DNA of 64,000 nucleotides from positions 744,001-808,000 of the forward strand of contig NC_090600.1 in NCBI RefSeq assembly GCF_000497125.1, read 5' to 3'. This stretch comes from Spironucleus salmonicida. Lineage: Eukaryota. Each line of letters opens with the position of its first letter. Within the stretch, counting starts at the first letter, position 1. The notes below the pieces were generated by a model. It was not told the origin of the DNA. It worked only from the letters and a program-made list of their open reading frames with translations, and did no database searches. This document shows positions 26,713 to 38,876 of this stretch, piece after piece. A program made the translations under genes and the position numbers.

Positions 26713-27417
26713 ATGCTGTATTATTTTATAAATGAGACTGCTAACTTGATTATCACTAGTAATAACTCTTATCAACTACCTTACGATTTTTAAAATTGTA
26801 AAATTATAGATACCCCTTTACTTTTTATTTGTGATAGCAAAGTTTTCTCACCAGATTTGGTATTAATATCAGACACTGGGACATTTACTTATTAAAAAGC
26901 AAAATTTGAATAATACAAACTTGTACATAACTGTTTTAATTTATACAATAAAACAGCTTTTAATGAGTCCCATTTTATTCTAAAACTTGGTAGGAAAATC
27001 TGTTTATTAACGCTTAGCTGTGATCTAAAATGCAGAGAATATTTCTCTATAGCTGAGCCAGAGAGTACTAATTATGATCTTTAAAAAGATATTGAACTTT
27101 AGACCCTCAAATTTAATGAACTCAGTATCCAGCTTCAGGATAAAATATAGCTAATTGATTGGTAAAGTAAAGAACTATAAAAAGAGTAAACAGTCGTTGA
27201 AAAATTTGTTGAAAAGATCGTTTATGTGGATAAAATAGTTTACTAGGATAAAATAATTGAAATATAAAATTGTGATACATAGGAAATCATCGAAACTGAT
27301 AAAAAATAATAATTATATGTTAGATATAATTCATATTTGGTGTTAACCAGTGTAATTATCATTGTATTTTATTATATGTTTGTCTTAGCAATTTCAATAT
27401 ATAGATTTGGTGTCTGA
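26713..27417 (+). CDS. hypothetical protein with C-terminal TM helix and VEKIVYVDK-like repeats
   Basis: Open frame; EKFVEKIVYVDKIVYQDKII; hydrophobic C-terminus. Confidence 0.65.
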
Positions 27418-27992
27418 TGTGTGTTATTTCGTATATCTTTCAGTTGTTAATTTTATTATATATCATATATTTTAGTAGCAATATTATTATAATTTTAGAT
27501 TTGTTTCTTTAATAATAGTTATATGTGACTAAAGCTAAGACTAAGATAAATAGTTCTCTAATTATCGTATAAATTAGAAAATATTACAAGAAAAAGAGTA
27601 TATTTTAAACTATCTATTTTGATATATTGACACAAATTACTATTATAAATATTGAGATACATATTGAATGTACAAGGTTCAGCCTATAATTTAATTTAAG
27701 AAGAATTTTTATTTGTACTAATTTAATTAAATTTTAGAAACTTAAAAATTATAAAATATATCAGTTTGGAGTTTAATATTTTTAAACATATAATAATTCT
27801 TATCAAATGAAGTTTTAATCTTTTTAATAAATAATTATAAAAATAGCAATAATTTCACACTACTTATTATATTAATTAGCTAGATCTGGAATCAAAATAA
27901 TGTATTGATTTATTAATTAAATATCTATATTTATTATACCCTCATTAATAATATTTATATATAAATTACTAATAAAAGATTTGGTGCCAGAA

Positions 27993-28646
27993 ATGGGATG
28001 TGGCGCTGATACTGTACCGCTTGCTGATGCATAATTTATCCCGGAATAAGAGAAGGACCATCGCGATGATATGCTTATAAACAGTTTAAGACATTACATC
28101 GATCCAAAATAATTTGACGATTGCGCCTAAACTTTTACAGCATTCATAAGAAACCTTAAAAATGAAGCTACCAAGCACGATGTTTCAGAGTATCTTAACT
28201 AACTTCCTCTTATTATATATGACCAGCATCAGGTTGAAAAAGACAAACTTATTCTCAAGTAGATTTTTGCTCCCTCATCCCTTGAGGATTTTACATTCAT
28301 TCCTGACCAAATTTCGTTTAATACCTTCCTCCATCTAATGGTAACATATAACAACCAGTAAGAACAATATGAGAGTGCTGATCTTTATAAAATCCCAATG
28401 CAAATTAAATTCAAGCTGAGCCTTCTGTTTTTAGAGCGTGACACATCTAACTCTGGCTCCATCAGAAGAAAGGAGCTGGGGGATATTTGTAGGATTCTCA
28501 AGTTTGAACAGTAAGCTTTTGAGATGATTGATTAAACGATGGAGATCGAGGACGAGTTTAAGTATTTACCAACAATGCTGCTGTTGTAAACTGCATATGT
28601 GGTGAATAAATTTGCAAAGGATGACTTTTAGGAGATCGAAGAGTGA
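27993..28646 (+). CDS. N-acylated (MGCG) protein with degenerate EF-hand
   Basis: MGCGAD start; DTSNSGSIRRKE loop. Confidence 0.72.
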
Positions 28647-28893
28647 AATAAGGGATGAGTGTATAATGTATATTTGAGGCAAAGTTTTCGGCTAATAAGT
28701 GTAATATTGTTATATAACTATCTTATTTTATGATGAATACTGATTCAAATACGTTGAATTCTGTCAAATTTATGCTTTAATATATAATACTAATGAATAA
28801 TGTAAGTAAAAAGTTTACTTAGTAATGCTATAATTCTAGATTATTATATATAAATATATAAAATTGTATTTTTTTCATATTTCAAAATTACAG

Positions 28894-29121
28894 ATGGACA
28901 TGTTTCAGAATTTCAGCTAACTACCATCACTAGAAATCTATCAGAATAGTTCATTTTCAGAGTTTATATGTAGTGATAAAGCATAAGGAATTCTTTCATT
29001 TGAAGAATCATTTAGATCAATCGAGTGTGATACCCCGAATATAAATACGTTTAAAAATGATTTAGATGATTTAGATGGATATCCAATAGTTGATAGGATT
29101 TAAATAATGAGAATGATGTGA
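28894..29121 (+). CDS. small hypothetical protein
   Basis: 75-aa acidic open frame MDMFQNFSQ... Confidence 0.4.
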
Positions 29122-29340
29122 GGCGCGAGTGAGATACATAGATTGTCTAACATAATATTATCAAAGTTAAATTTATTGATAAATTGTGAGAAACCTGATG
29201 AAATAGTGATTCTACTAAACTATGTTTAAACTATCCTACAAACTGATTAACTAATTGATAGAAATATTATTTAAATACTTAATTCGTATTTTTTCGTGAA
29301 TATAATATAATTGTATAAGATTGTTATATAAAATAAAATA

Positions 29341-29763
29341 TCATCTCCGACCACCTACTAATAAATGAATAATTAATATAATGTTCAAGTATAAAAAACC
29401 ACTTGAATAAATAATTTAAAAATATGAGAATTAAGATTTCCTAATAATTCCTAAAAAACACTACATATACAAACTTACTAATAATGATATAAAGTATAAG
29501 TAGTTATCTCGAACGACACATGTTCCCAACCACCAGCAGTGATGATCAAACCCTTTTGTGCACATGTCGCAGTGGCGGCAGTGCACACCTAAGGGCTGGC
29601 TCAGGCATTGGGCTGAGCATGGGACTCTGTTGTCTTTAGCAATTTGCAAGATCTTCCAGATGGCGTAGGTAGCAGCCATAACTAACGGTATGGTGAACGG
29701 CTGGTTGTGCACGGATAGAATCTGTGCGAACAGAAGAGGACCAATGAGGTTGAACTGACGCAT
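29341..29763 (-). CDS. short DHHC palmitoyltransferase
   Basis: HCRHCDMCTKGFDHHCWWLGTCV DHHC-CRD motif. Confidence 0.85.
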
Positions 29764-31383
29764 TCTGGAGGAGTGTAGACTGTAGGGAGAATATACTTAT
29801 ATCTGACAGACACAGGTATAGTAACTACTCATTCACGGGAAATACTCCGCCCCAAACTCCTGCATCACCAGGAAGTTCTTCCGCAGCCCCTTTAGGCGGC
29901 TGACGATCTGGTTGTCCGTGCGCCCCTCCAGTAAGTCGGATATCTTTTTCCACGCACGGGGCTGGCAGCAGCGCATCGCGGCGACCAACTTCAGGTCCTC
30001 CTGGGCAGTCCACTTGCGGTTCGTCTTTTTCGGGTCTAGCACGCGCACCCAGTGCTGCACGATAGAGGGCATCTTGCGCTGCGCTCCCACAGTCTCGGCG
30101 TTGAATATCTGGGCAAGTTGTTTCCAGTTCTGGGGGCCGTACATTTGGATGAGTCTGACGAGCAGGTCGTCCTCGACCCTGGTCCATATGTTAGTAGAGC
30201 TCCTGCCCGCGCGCTTGGCTGGCTACGCCTCCAAGGCCGCTGGTTCGGGCTGAACGTCCACGCGGATGCTAGACCACTCTAGCGTATCATCGAGAAAGCT
30301 CTTGTACTGGGAAAGCGGAATCTCCAAAGTCGCATCAGGTAGCGCGCCGAGGCAGATTATATCGCTGTCTGAAACCAGGCTGAACATTGGGTGGAAAGGA
30401 TAATCGCAGAGATCACAATAAAGAGTGAGTTAGAGTAGATTATGTTTGTGGGTTTGTGGTTTAGTAAAAATAAAAGAAATGTAGTCGATAATGGGGTGCC
30501 TAATATACATGAATACTGCCTACCCTGGGGGCGAAATGGATAATATCGAACGTAAAAGCGATACGTCTCCGGATATGGTAACATTATTATATACTGATAT
30601 GCCGGTTTAACTTTGGGAATAGGAGTGGAAACAGTAAAATATACCAACGTACTTTTTGACGAATTATACTGAGTTTGATGAAGTTTCTAAAAGTTATTTA
30701 CAATCCGCTTAAGAATGTTTTGCGGTAACCTAATTATTATACTCCTACTTGCCCGTATTCGGCTTGCAGATTGACCAATTGGTCTACGGTTGCCCGATCC
30801 TCACGATTCTTAGTTCACCCTGAGACACGAAATCTCGAGTATTTACGTTCTACGCGCCCTAGTGAGACTGCCAGCGGGCTGCATCCGCCTTTGAGGTACG
30901 GGGCAGCATGACTCAGGATTCGCTGGTCGCATGCCTAGCTCTGTGCGGACGCCGAAATCATCCCAGCAGGGACAGGGTGTAATCCGACACAGCAACGCCA
31001 GGTGATTGTCGCAGGGTAAGCGCATCCTATGAATAGTCTCACTATCGCAGAGCGAAAGCACAGATACCCTGCTGCTGGTTGTTACGCATAAGTATGGAGG
31101 CAATACGACCTGGTGCCAGCTATCACCGAATAGATTGCCAGGCTCGCAGTGATCAAAGTTCCTTCAGAAGCTCAGTGTAGTCGTCCACGAGAAAATCGCA
31201 AATCTCCCTCTTCTAGTCCATCTGGTTCCTCTCGCTGAGGATCCCGATTACTCTGCCCCCGCTAGCTCTGGCCCCCTGCATGCCTGCCACGGTGTCCTCG
31301 AATACCACTGTCTCCTAGGGGTTCCCGCCGATCTGTCTCATACACTCCAAAAATACCTTGGGGCTAGGCTTGCTAGCACCTAC
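29543..31383 (+). repeat. direct segmental repeat D (copy 1; copy 2 at 52505-54345)
   Basis: Offset 22962; about 5 substitutions seen in ~1.84 kb. Confidence 0.95.
29833..30387 (-). CDS. R2R3 Myb-like DNA-binding protein (copy 1)
   Basis: WTRVEDDLL..YGPQNW; WTAQEDLKL..AWKKI..GRTDNQI. Confidence 0.9.
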
Positions 31384-31800
31384 TTCATCGCAAGTAACTA
31401 TTGTGACTTTTTCTTTAATGCTAGGAAATTGAGATATTATAGTATCTATAACAATTCTAGTAGTCGCAGTTGCAATTCCAAACTTTATATTCTTAGCTAT
31501 CAACTTTTCTATAAATTTATCTGCATTATGAATAAACTTAACATTCTTTAAATATGAAATGCTAATTTCAGCAAATTATTTAAAAACTTATTCTTTGGTT
31601 AGCGACAATTTATACTTTGAAATCAACAAATCACAAGCATCTAAAGCAGATAATCCTGGCATTCCAATAAAATGGAACTCTTTGTTATATTAAACGTTAA
31701 AAGATTTTACAAGTTCTTCATGAATAATATCCCAAGTGGCTAAAGAGTCGATCAAAGTTCCATCAAAATCAAAAACGTAATATTTTATATCTTCGAGCAT
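31153..31800 (-). CDS. HAD-superfamily phosphatase (paralogue 1)
   Basis: VFDFDGTLIDS, SKPSP, VFEDT..G motifs. Confidence 0.9.
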
Positions 31801-33214
31801 TTTTAAATTATTTATATAGAATTAGTTTAAATTATATAATATTTCTAAATATCGTAATTTTATATCAGAAATATTAAGCAACTAATTAAAAATTGAATTA
31901 TTTTAATATAATATACAAATATTTTTAACATATAATCCAAAAATGAAAAACTTTGTTAAATATATTATTTATTCTAAAAATGAAGTTCATATCCTAAAGA
32001 ATCAAGTGATAAATAAATATCGTCTGGTGATTAATTTTTTACGATTATTTGAAATTAAAAATAAATCATAATTTTTACTTGAATTTATTCCATTTTTTAG
32101 TTGGACATATTAAAAATTTCAAACGTATTTCTTAAATGTAGTAAAACCATAATATTTGTTACTATACTGTAAATTATTATAAATAATATTACCTGAGTAA
32201 TATCTATGCCATAAGATCTTAATGTTAGTTATCTCCAAAACAAGTTAATATATATGATTGCCAGATTAACATTTCATAATATTTAGAAACAAGAAATAGT
32301 AATCATTAATCTACTTCATGTTTAATATTGAAAATATTTTTTTGATTATAAAAATACCACAGCTATAAATTTTATGATTTATTAAATATAAATTTGTTTG
32401 ACGCATATGTGAATATACTATACTATATCCTTTTCCAATATTACTATTTTTATTCTTTAATAATGAATATTTATAAATCTTGCTTAAAATACGTTATTAA
32501 AATTTAAAATACCTTTTTTAATTAATGCTTAAATTAGTAATACACACAGTATATTTGTCCTACGGCTATTATGAATTCCATCTTTAGAAATAATAGACAT
32601 AGAAATAGCAAAATTAATAACCTGCACAGTTTGTTATTCAGCAACTCTACAAATTTATTTTTTAATAAATTCTTTAATGTACATAAAGTAATACAAATAC
32701 TTATTATTTTTAAATAATTTCAAATAACAACAAAACATTATATATAAATATGAATTAAAGTATAAAATTTAAAAGAAAATAAGTTCAGTCTATCAAACTT
32801 AACTAAAATATCTAAAATATACCAAATACTGTATTGAATGTCTTGTAAATATATAATAGTAATGTTAGCTTGTTTATAAATAGGTTATTATACTAAAAAT
32901 ATTAGTTATATTGAAGAACATCTAAATATATCATAAATTATTAATTTTTTACCATAAGTTTACGTATTTCTATATTAAATTATTATAAATAATTGATATA
33001 ATAATCTGTTAAAACACAATATTTATATTATATTCAATAAAAAACATAGATTTACTTTATAATCATATAAATCGTTAAAATGGTCGATATTGGTATATAA
33101 ACAATTTTTATTACAAGTATTTGATATAAAATTTTAAAGATTACATTCAAAAAAAAGAATTTATAATAGTATGCATGCTTATTATTATAGAGAAATTTTT
33201 ATTTACACAGCAAA

Positions 33215-34734
33215 ATGTTCGTTTTACGTTTTTCTTCTACATCTACTAACTGCTTTTCAACTAGTTCATATCTTGAAGGGGATGTTTAATAACGTATATT
33301 AACAGTATATTTGATACCATAAAGCGCAATTGATCCACTATATCTTGCTCTTAATACCTCAAATACCACTCTTGATCTAATTTATAAAAATTCTGAAACC
33401 CATGGATTACCAGTTTTTACATCGTAGCCATTTATATATATATATACCTAGAGTGGTTAATTATACTAATATTTCTATTTCTGAAGCATAAATAATCTAA
33501 TTATAGATATTATTGCTGCTGATTATATTGTCAGAATTGAAAAAGCTGCTGATTATTATCGAACTTTTAATATAATTAAATATCTAAAATCTGATGTGTT
33601 ATCTTGTTGGTCGAACCTAATTTTTCTTAATCTGTTATTCTTATGAAAGTGTAAATCACTTTTGAATTACAGCCAAATGATTGTTCTATTCCGGCAAATG
33701 CTTAACTTTTCCCCACGATTTTGTTTAATGATAATGGAACGATAATTATTTTATAAGAATTTTAATAAAGGAATGGTTTAGAAGATTATAAGTATCCTTA
33801 TGTCCATAATATGGTAAAATTCACTTGTTTGGTTTGTAGGGAAATAGAAGATTTGGGAAAAAGGGAAGAATGTTTATAGGTCATTGGTATCATGGTTAAT
33901 AGTTTAGAATATGTATTAGGTTTATATCTAATCTATTATTCTGGTTAAATGTGAACCGAAGTAATTTAAGATGCCGTCGTATATTAGGGAGAAGGGTCTA
34001 TTATGCGTGGGGATACCACAGGTATCTTATTCTATATTAATCCTCATTTATATATTTTATATCATGCGCTTTTTAATCATTATCCAAGCTGATAGATAGA
34101 AAAAATACAGTTAATATCAAATTATACATAATGATGAAAAGTGGAGATTTATCTTTGATATATTATGATAATTATTCCTTATATACATCCAGTAATATTT
34201 AATTCTTATAAAGTGCTGCAGGTATGAAACCTTACTGAAAGTATTCTTTGATTATCTATACATAATATATTCAGTATAATGAGACTAATGAAATTACAGG
34301 ATAGTTATTTACTACAATTAATACTGTTAAATAATGTATTTATCTTACTATATTAGATATAAGAGGTAGAAATGATATAACATTCTAATTACGAAGTGAT
34401 TTTAATGAAATTTGGTTGGACATAGATGAAGACATTTAATTATAGATAGTTAACGAAAAACTAGAAATTTTATTAAAGCAAGCATTCAAATTAAAAATTA
34501 TATATATAATAGGACAATTACTAAACTAAATAAGATATAAGAAGCATAATTAAAAATAATCATGGAGTTAAATTTACAGTTAGAGGGCCAAGTTTATACA
34601 TGGTTAGTATACAAATAAGTTTTGAAAATATTGGTGCATTCTGGATTATTTATCTAAGTTATGTAGTTGTTTATGCAATAGGTGGTATATTGACTATAAC
34701 AATTATTATACGGAAAGAAAACAAAACAGATTGA
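33215..34734 (+). pseudogene. frameshifted remnant of a signal-peptide/C-terminal-TM surface-protein gene
   Basis: MFVLRFSSTSTNCFS start; reading frame breaks at the (TA)n tract 33434-33446 and again downstream; terminal TM FWIIYLSYVVVYAIGGILTITIII. Confidence 0.4.
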
Positions 34735-35352
34735 TTTTTAATTATAATTTGTTTAAATTCATAGTTAATTGTTTAAAACTCCAATCTACTAAACAAATAT
34801 CGTTTTGTAATGTTGATATTTATAATGTATTCGTTTTTACAAATTAATGTTAATTGAAATAAATAGAACTGAGACTTTATAATATAAATGGCAATCAAAA
34901 TCTTAATATTAATCATTAAATTATACTTCTTTAATAATGCTATAAATAGGATTTAATAAATGATTCATAGTTAGCGTAATATAAGAACGAGTCAGTTTTT
35001 CATTCGAAGTTATAGTTAAATAACCTTATAAAATATAAAATAATTATATTAATAAATTTGAATTCTATACTTGCTGTCTAATTTAGTATTTTGTATGATA
35101 TAATTTTATTAATATATTACTTAATATTATTTATTATTATAAAAATTTACTAAATATTTTCATCGATTTCCTAATGGAATTAATATTAATAGTAGAAATT
35201 GAGATACATAGTCGTAAGAACATCAGGAAATATCATAGAAACCCAATAATATTAAATAATTTAAAATACTTAAATTCTATATGATATAAATGAGTTTTTA
35301 ACCAGTTATTATAAATTATGTGTCAAAAATTAATACTTGTTACAAATTAATA

Positions 35353-35904
35353 TCACTGGGTGCCCCTGTGGGAGACGTAGATACCGTCGAGGAACTTCCT
35401 GAGATCCTTGTGGCGGATCTTTACGGACTCGTGGATCTGGGCACAGAACATGGAGACGAGCTCCACGTCGTTACCGGTGATGATGAGCTCGTCCTTGATA
35501 TCCTTGGAGATTTCGATCTTGACACCAGGCTGGGCGGTGATCTTGCGGACCTCGGACTCACGAAGGAAGTTACGGATCTCGATGGTGGACGCGTTGTCGA
35601 CGATGTTGACGGAGATGGGGAAGTGGGCATAGGCAAGTCTCATCTTGTAGAGGTAGCCCTTGGTGACGCCGGTGATCAGGTTCTGGATGTGGGCAGTGAT
35701 GGTCCTGGGGAGGGACTTCTGCTGGCCCTTCGGGAACCAGACGGTGACGATGACTTCGGCGCCTACCATCTCAAGTTCGCAGGGGGTGTGGACGAAATCG
35801 CGGAAGAGGGTGCCGCGGGGACCGGTGATGGTCACCTTCTTGCCTACAAGCTCGCACTTGATGCCCTCGGGGATAGTGATAGTACAGACGTTCTTTAGTA
35901 CCAT
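35353..35904 (-). CDS. RPL9: 60S ribosomal protein L9 (uL6), copy 1
   Basis: YKMRLAYAHFPI, KDLRKFLDGIYVS; true start ATG GTA CTA. Confidence 0.95.
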   Translation of the reverse strand: MVLKNVCTITIPEGIKCELVGKKVTITGPRGTLFRDFVHTPCELEMVGAEVIVTVWFPKGQQKSLPRTITAHIQNLITGVTKGYLYKMRLAYAHFPISVNIVDNASTIEIRNFLRESEVRKITAQPGVKIEISKDIKDELIITGNDVELVSMFCAQIHESVKIRHKDLRKFLDGIYVSHRGTQ

Positions 35905-35997
35905 GACGAAGGAGTGGAAAATAAAAAGCAAAATAGGTGCGGTACTAAACAGCCAAGTTCGGAATTGAATTACCGGCCCCGCGCCTCCTGCCTGGGC

Positions 35998-36219
35998 TCA
36001 GGGCGGACGCTTTAGCAGGAGCGCTGCGAACTCCAAGCCGACGAGGTCCCCACCCCAGAGCAGCTCACCGTCGGCCGTTAGGTAGAACAGGGTGTTGTAC
36101 GGCAGGTAACCCACGTCGAACGTGAGGTCGCCGTACTCGTTGAGTGTGGACGGGGTGAGGTCGTGCGGGGTATGGATCTGGTACCGCTTGCCGAGCTGCT
36201 CGAACTGGATGGCGGCCAT
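35998..36219 (-). CDS. in-frame chimeric ORF: N-terminus of the 51276 gene fused to the C-terminus of the 36902 thioredoxin-like gene
   Basis: MAAIQFEQ...LTADGE|LLWGGDLVGLEFAALLLKRPP; junction at TGAG 36064-36067. Confidence 0.75.
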   Translation of the reverse strand: MAAIQFEQLGKRYQIHTPHDLTPSTLNEYGDLTFDVGYLPYNTLFYLTADGELLWGGDLVGLEFAALLLKRPP

Positions 36220-36271
36220 TCTGAAAATGCGGAGGAAAGTGACAGTCGCAAAAATGCGCAATCGTAAAACA

Positions 36272-36787
36272 TCACTGCATGAGCGTCCCCTTGCGCACAG
36301 CCTCGCCGTCGGCTCCGAGCTTGGTCGCGATCGCAACACCGAACTCGAGCGCGACGCCGGGGCCCTTGGCGCACACGTGCTTGTCGCCCACCACGACTCT
36401 GTCGTCCACGAAGGTGTTACCGGGGGCCTCACAACCGGGGTAGCCGCATACCTTGAGGCCCTTCCACACGCCCCACTTGGTGAGGACCTAGGGTGCCGCG
36501 CACATCGCGCAGACGAGCTTGCCCTTCTGGACGTAGGATTCCACGAGGGCCTTGACCTTCATATCGGCCTCGAGGTTGGCGAAGCCCATTCCGCCTGGAA
36601 TGATGATGGCGTCGGCGTCCACAACGGTGGTGCTGTCGGCGGTCATGATCATGCCCTGGTTACCGGTTACAGTCTTGGTGGTCGCGAAGAGGGTGACCTT
36701 CACGCCCGCGCGTCTGAGGATGTCGGCTGTACCGTAGGTCTCTATCTCCTCGCATCCCTCAAACATGTACAATAAGGCTGATGGCAT
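36272..36787 (-). CDS. DJ-1/PfpI/ThiJ family protein, copy 1
   Basis: EGCEEIE, DILRRAG, IIPGG, AMCAAPQ (TAG=Gln), GPG.A.EFG. Confidence 0.93.
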
Positions 36788-36901
36788 TTGTGGAGTGGCA
36801 GATTTATATCGTAGTAGTGGGGGCTAGAGCGGGGCCTCGGAAATCAAATCGTCGTACACCTCTGGGTATACGATGCGACTATATTCTACGCACCACTCCG
36901 A

Positions 36902-37297
36902 ATGGCAGTTCTCGAGGGGACATCCCTAGAATACCTCGGTCCGCCCCCGGAGGCCTTCGCGCCGCTGCTGGTCGTGCTCAGCTGCACCTTCGTGGCCGAC
37001 ACCCGCCTCCTTCCGCAGCGCCTGGCGGCCTTCCGCGCCCAGCACCCCGGCGTTGGCGTGCTATACCTGTTCCGGGAGCCCCGTTCGGCTGTGGAAACCG
37101 CCTTCCCCCGCCTCGACCTCTTTGGTGGTTCCTGCGTGGCCGTGGACCCGAGCAACACCGCCTTTGACGTCCTGCTCGGGCACACTGGGCAGCGACTGGT
37201 GCCGGCGTTTTGCCTCTTCGGCCGCACTGAGCTGCTCTGGGGTGGGGACCTCGTCGGCTTGGAGTTCGCAGCGCTCCTGCTAAAGCGTCCGCCCTGA
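36902..37297 (+). CDS. thioredoxin-fold (TlpA-like) protein lacking CxxC, copy 1
   Basis: Aligns by eye with the 43057 protein (VAVDPS, P.F.F, LLWGG/LIYSG); FVADT at the WCPPC position. Confidence 0.65.
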   Translation: MAVLEGTSLEYLGPPPEAFAPLLVVLSCTFVADTRLLPQRLAAFRAQHPGVGVLYLFREPRSAVETAFPRLDLFGGSCVAVDPSNTAFDVLLGHTGQRLVPAFCLFGRTELLWGGDLVGLEFAALLLKRPP

Positions 37298-37390
37298 GCC
37301 CAGGCAGGAGGCGCGGGGCCGGTAATTCAATTCCGAACTTGGCTGTTTAGTACCGCACCTATTTTGCTTTTTATTTTCCACTCCTTCGTC

Positions 37391-37942
37391 ATGGTACTAA
37401 AGAACGTCTGTACTATCACTATCCCCGAGGGCATCAAGTGCGAGCTTGTAGGCAAGAAGGTGACCATCACCGGTCCCCGCGGCACCCTCTTCCGCGATTT
37501 CGTCCACACCCCCTGCGAACTTGAGATGGTAGGCGCCGAAGTCATCGTCACCGTCTGGTTCCCGAAGGGCCAGCAGAAGTCCCTCCCCAGGACCATCACT
37601 GCCCACATCCAGAACCTGATCACCGGCGTCACCAAGGGCTACCTCTACAAGATGAGACTTGCCTATGCCCACTTCCCCATCTCCGTCAACATCGTCGACA
37701 ACGCGTCCACCATCGAGATCCGTAACTTCCTTCGTGAGTCCGAGGTCCGCAAGATCACCGCCCAGCCTGGTGTCAAGATCGAAATCTCCAAGGATATCAA
37801 GGACGAGCTCATCATCACCGGTAACGACGTGGAGCTCGTCTCCATGTTCTGTGCCCAGATCCACGAGTCCGTAAAGATCCGCCACAAGGATCTCAGGAAG
37901 TTCCTCGACGGTATCTACGTCTCCCACAGGGGCACCCAGTGA
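37391..37942 (+). CDS. RPL9: 60S ribosomal protein L9 (uL6), copy 2
   Basis: Identical to copy 1; TTTTCCACTCC at 37374-37384 upstream. Confidence 0.95.
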   Translation: MVLKNVCTITIPEGIKCELVGKKVTITGPRGTLFRDFVHTPCELEMVGAEVIVTVWFPKGQQKSLPRTITAHIQNLITGVTKGYLYKMRLAYAHFPISVNIVDNASTIEIRNFLRESEVRKITAQPGVKIEISKDIKDELIITGNDVELVSMFCAQIHESVKIRHKDLRKFLDGIYVSHRGTQ

Positions 37943-37962
37943 GTTTTATTTAACCGCTCCGC

Positions 37963-38463
37963 TCACTTGAAGATCCAATCTATGTTCTCGTCCGGAATGA
38001 AGTCCTCTTTGTCGTCGTTGAACTGGAACTGCGGGTCGTCCCTACCCTGCCTCGTGCTCCGCCTTCCCTTCAGCGAGTCCTGCCGGATCTGGTCCCAGTT
38101 CTTCATCTCGCATTTCGCCGACTCCGTGTGGCGCAGCGGCTTCTGCGACTTCTTCGTCGGCACCGACGCCATGCCGTCCAGCTCCCTCTGGAAGACGATT
38201 TGGTCATGGATGTTCTGGGAAAACTTTTGGATGTCGCTCTGGCTCTCGACAGTGTCATTCCCGGTATCGAAACTCTGAACGGTCATCTTCGGGGTCCGCG
38301 CTGACTGGTGATTCTGCGGCCTGAGCCGGTTTTTCATGCGCGTCGTATCCCGCGATACCAGGGACACGGACTCGGGTGCCACCACCGGAACTGGCCCCAC
38401 GGCGCGGAGCACTAGCGACTTAAACTAGTAAGTTTCATTTTGTAAGGCTTGTTATATGAACAT
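37963..38463 (-). CDS. hypothetical protein Z, variant with diverged N-terminus
   Basis: MFIQQALQNETYQF|KSLVLRAVG..., identical to the 49020 gene from KSLV onward. Confidence 0.6.
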
Positions 38464-38603
38464 TGTATATAATTATACTTCATTTGTCTCGTTTCCTAAA
38501 CAAATGATATTTTGTTAATTAATTTATTAAATAATATAATAATTTATTTAATTTTGATTATTAATAATAGATATTATAACTATTTGAAATAAATATAAAA
38601 TAA

Positions 38604-38876
38604 ATGAAAAAGATTAAGATAGACCGAAAGGTATTATCCTCAAAGAAAGCAAGTAAATACAGTCATCAAATCTCAATACCACATAAGATACCTATTAAAA
38701 AATTAAGTTAGTTAGTAGCTCCTTCTTTTTTAGGTAGACTATACAATCCATTGTTTAAAGTTAACGATAAATCATTAGAGTTTAGTCTTAGTGACAATAG
38801 AGATCTGGATTATGATGAATTATTAGCTTTAGAATTACATGGGATAGAAAGCTGTAATAGTATCAGTATGGATTGA
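38604..38876 (+). CDS. small hypothetical protein
   Basis: 90-aa open frame MKKIKIDRK... Confidence 0.45.

Larger units (their letters stand above)
35353..37942. repeat. fold-back inverted repeat: 715-bp arms 35353-36067 and 37228-37942, 1160-bp spacer
   Basis: Reverse-complement identity with coordinate sum 73295. Confidence 0.95.
36064..38421. repeat. inverted segmental repeat A (partner B at 49074-51431)
   Basis: Coordinate sum 87495; 2358 bp; one substitution seen (DJ-1 KVKA versus KAKA). Confidence 0.95.

Noticed and set aside
35320-35898. Long antisense ORFs over RPL9, DJ-1, eIF2B-like and Myb genes (e.g. 35320, 36122, 46601, 47135)
   Set aside because: Shadow ORFs caused by high GC3 codon bias; no recognisable motifs
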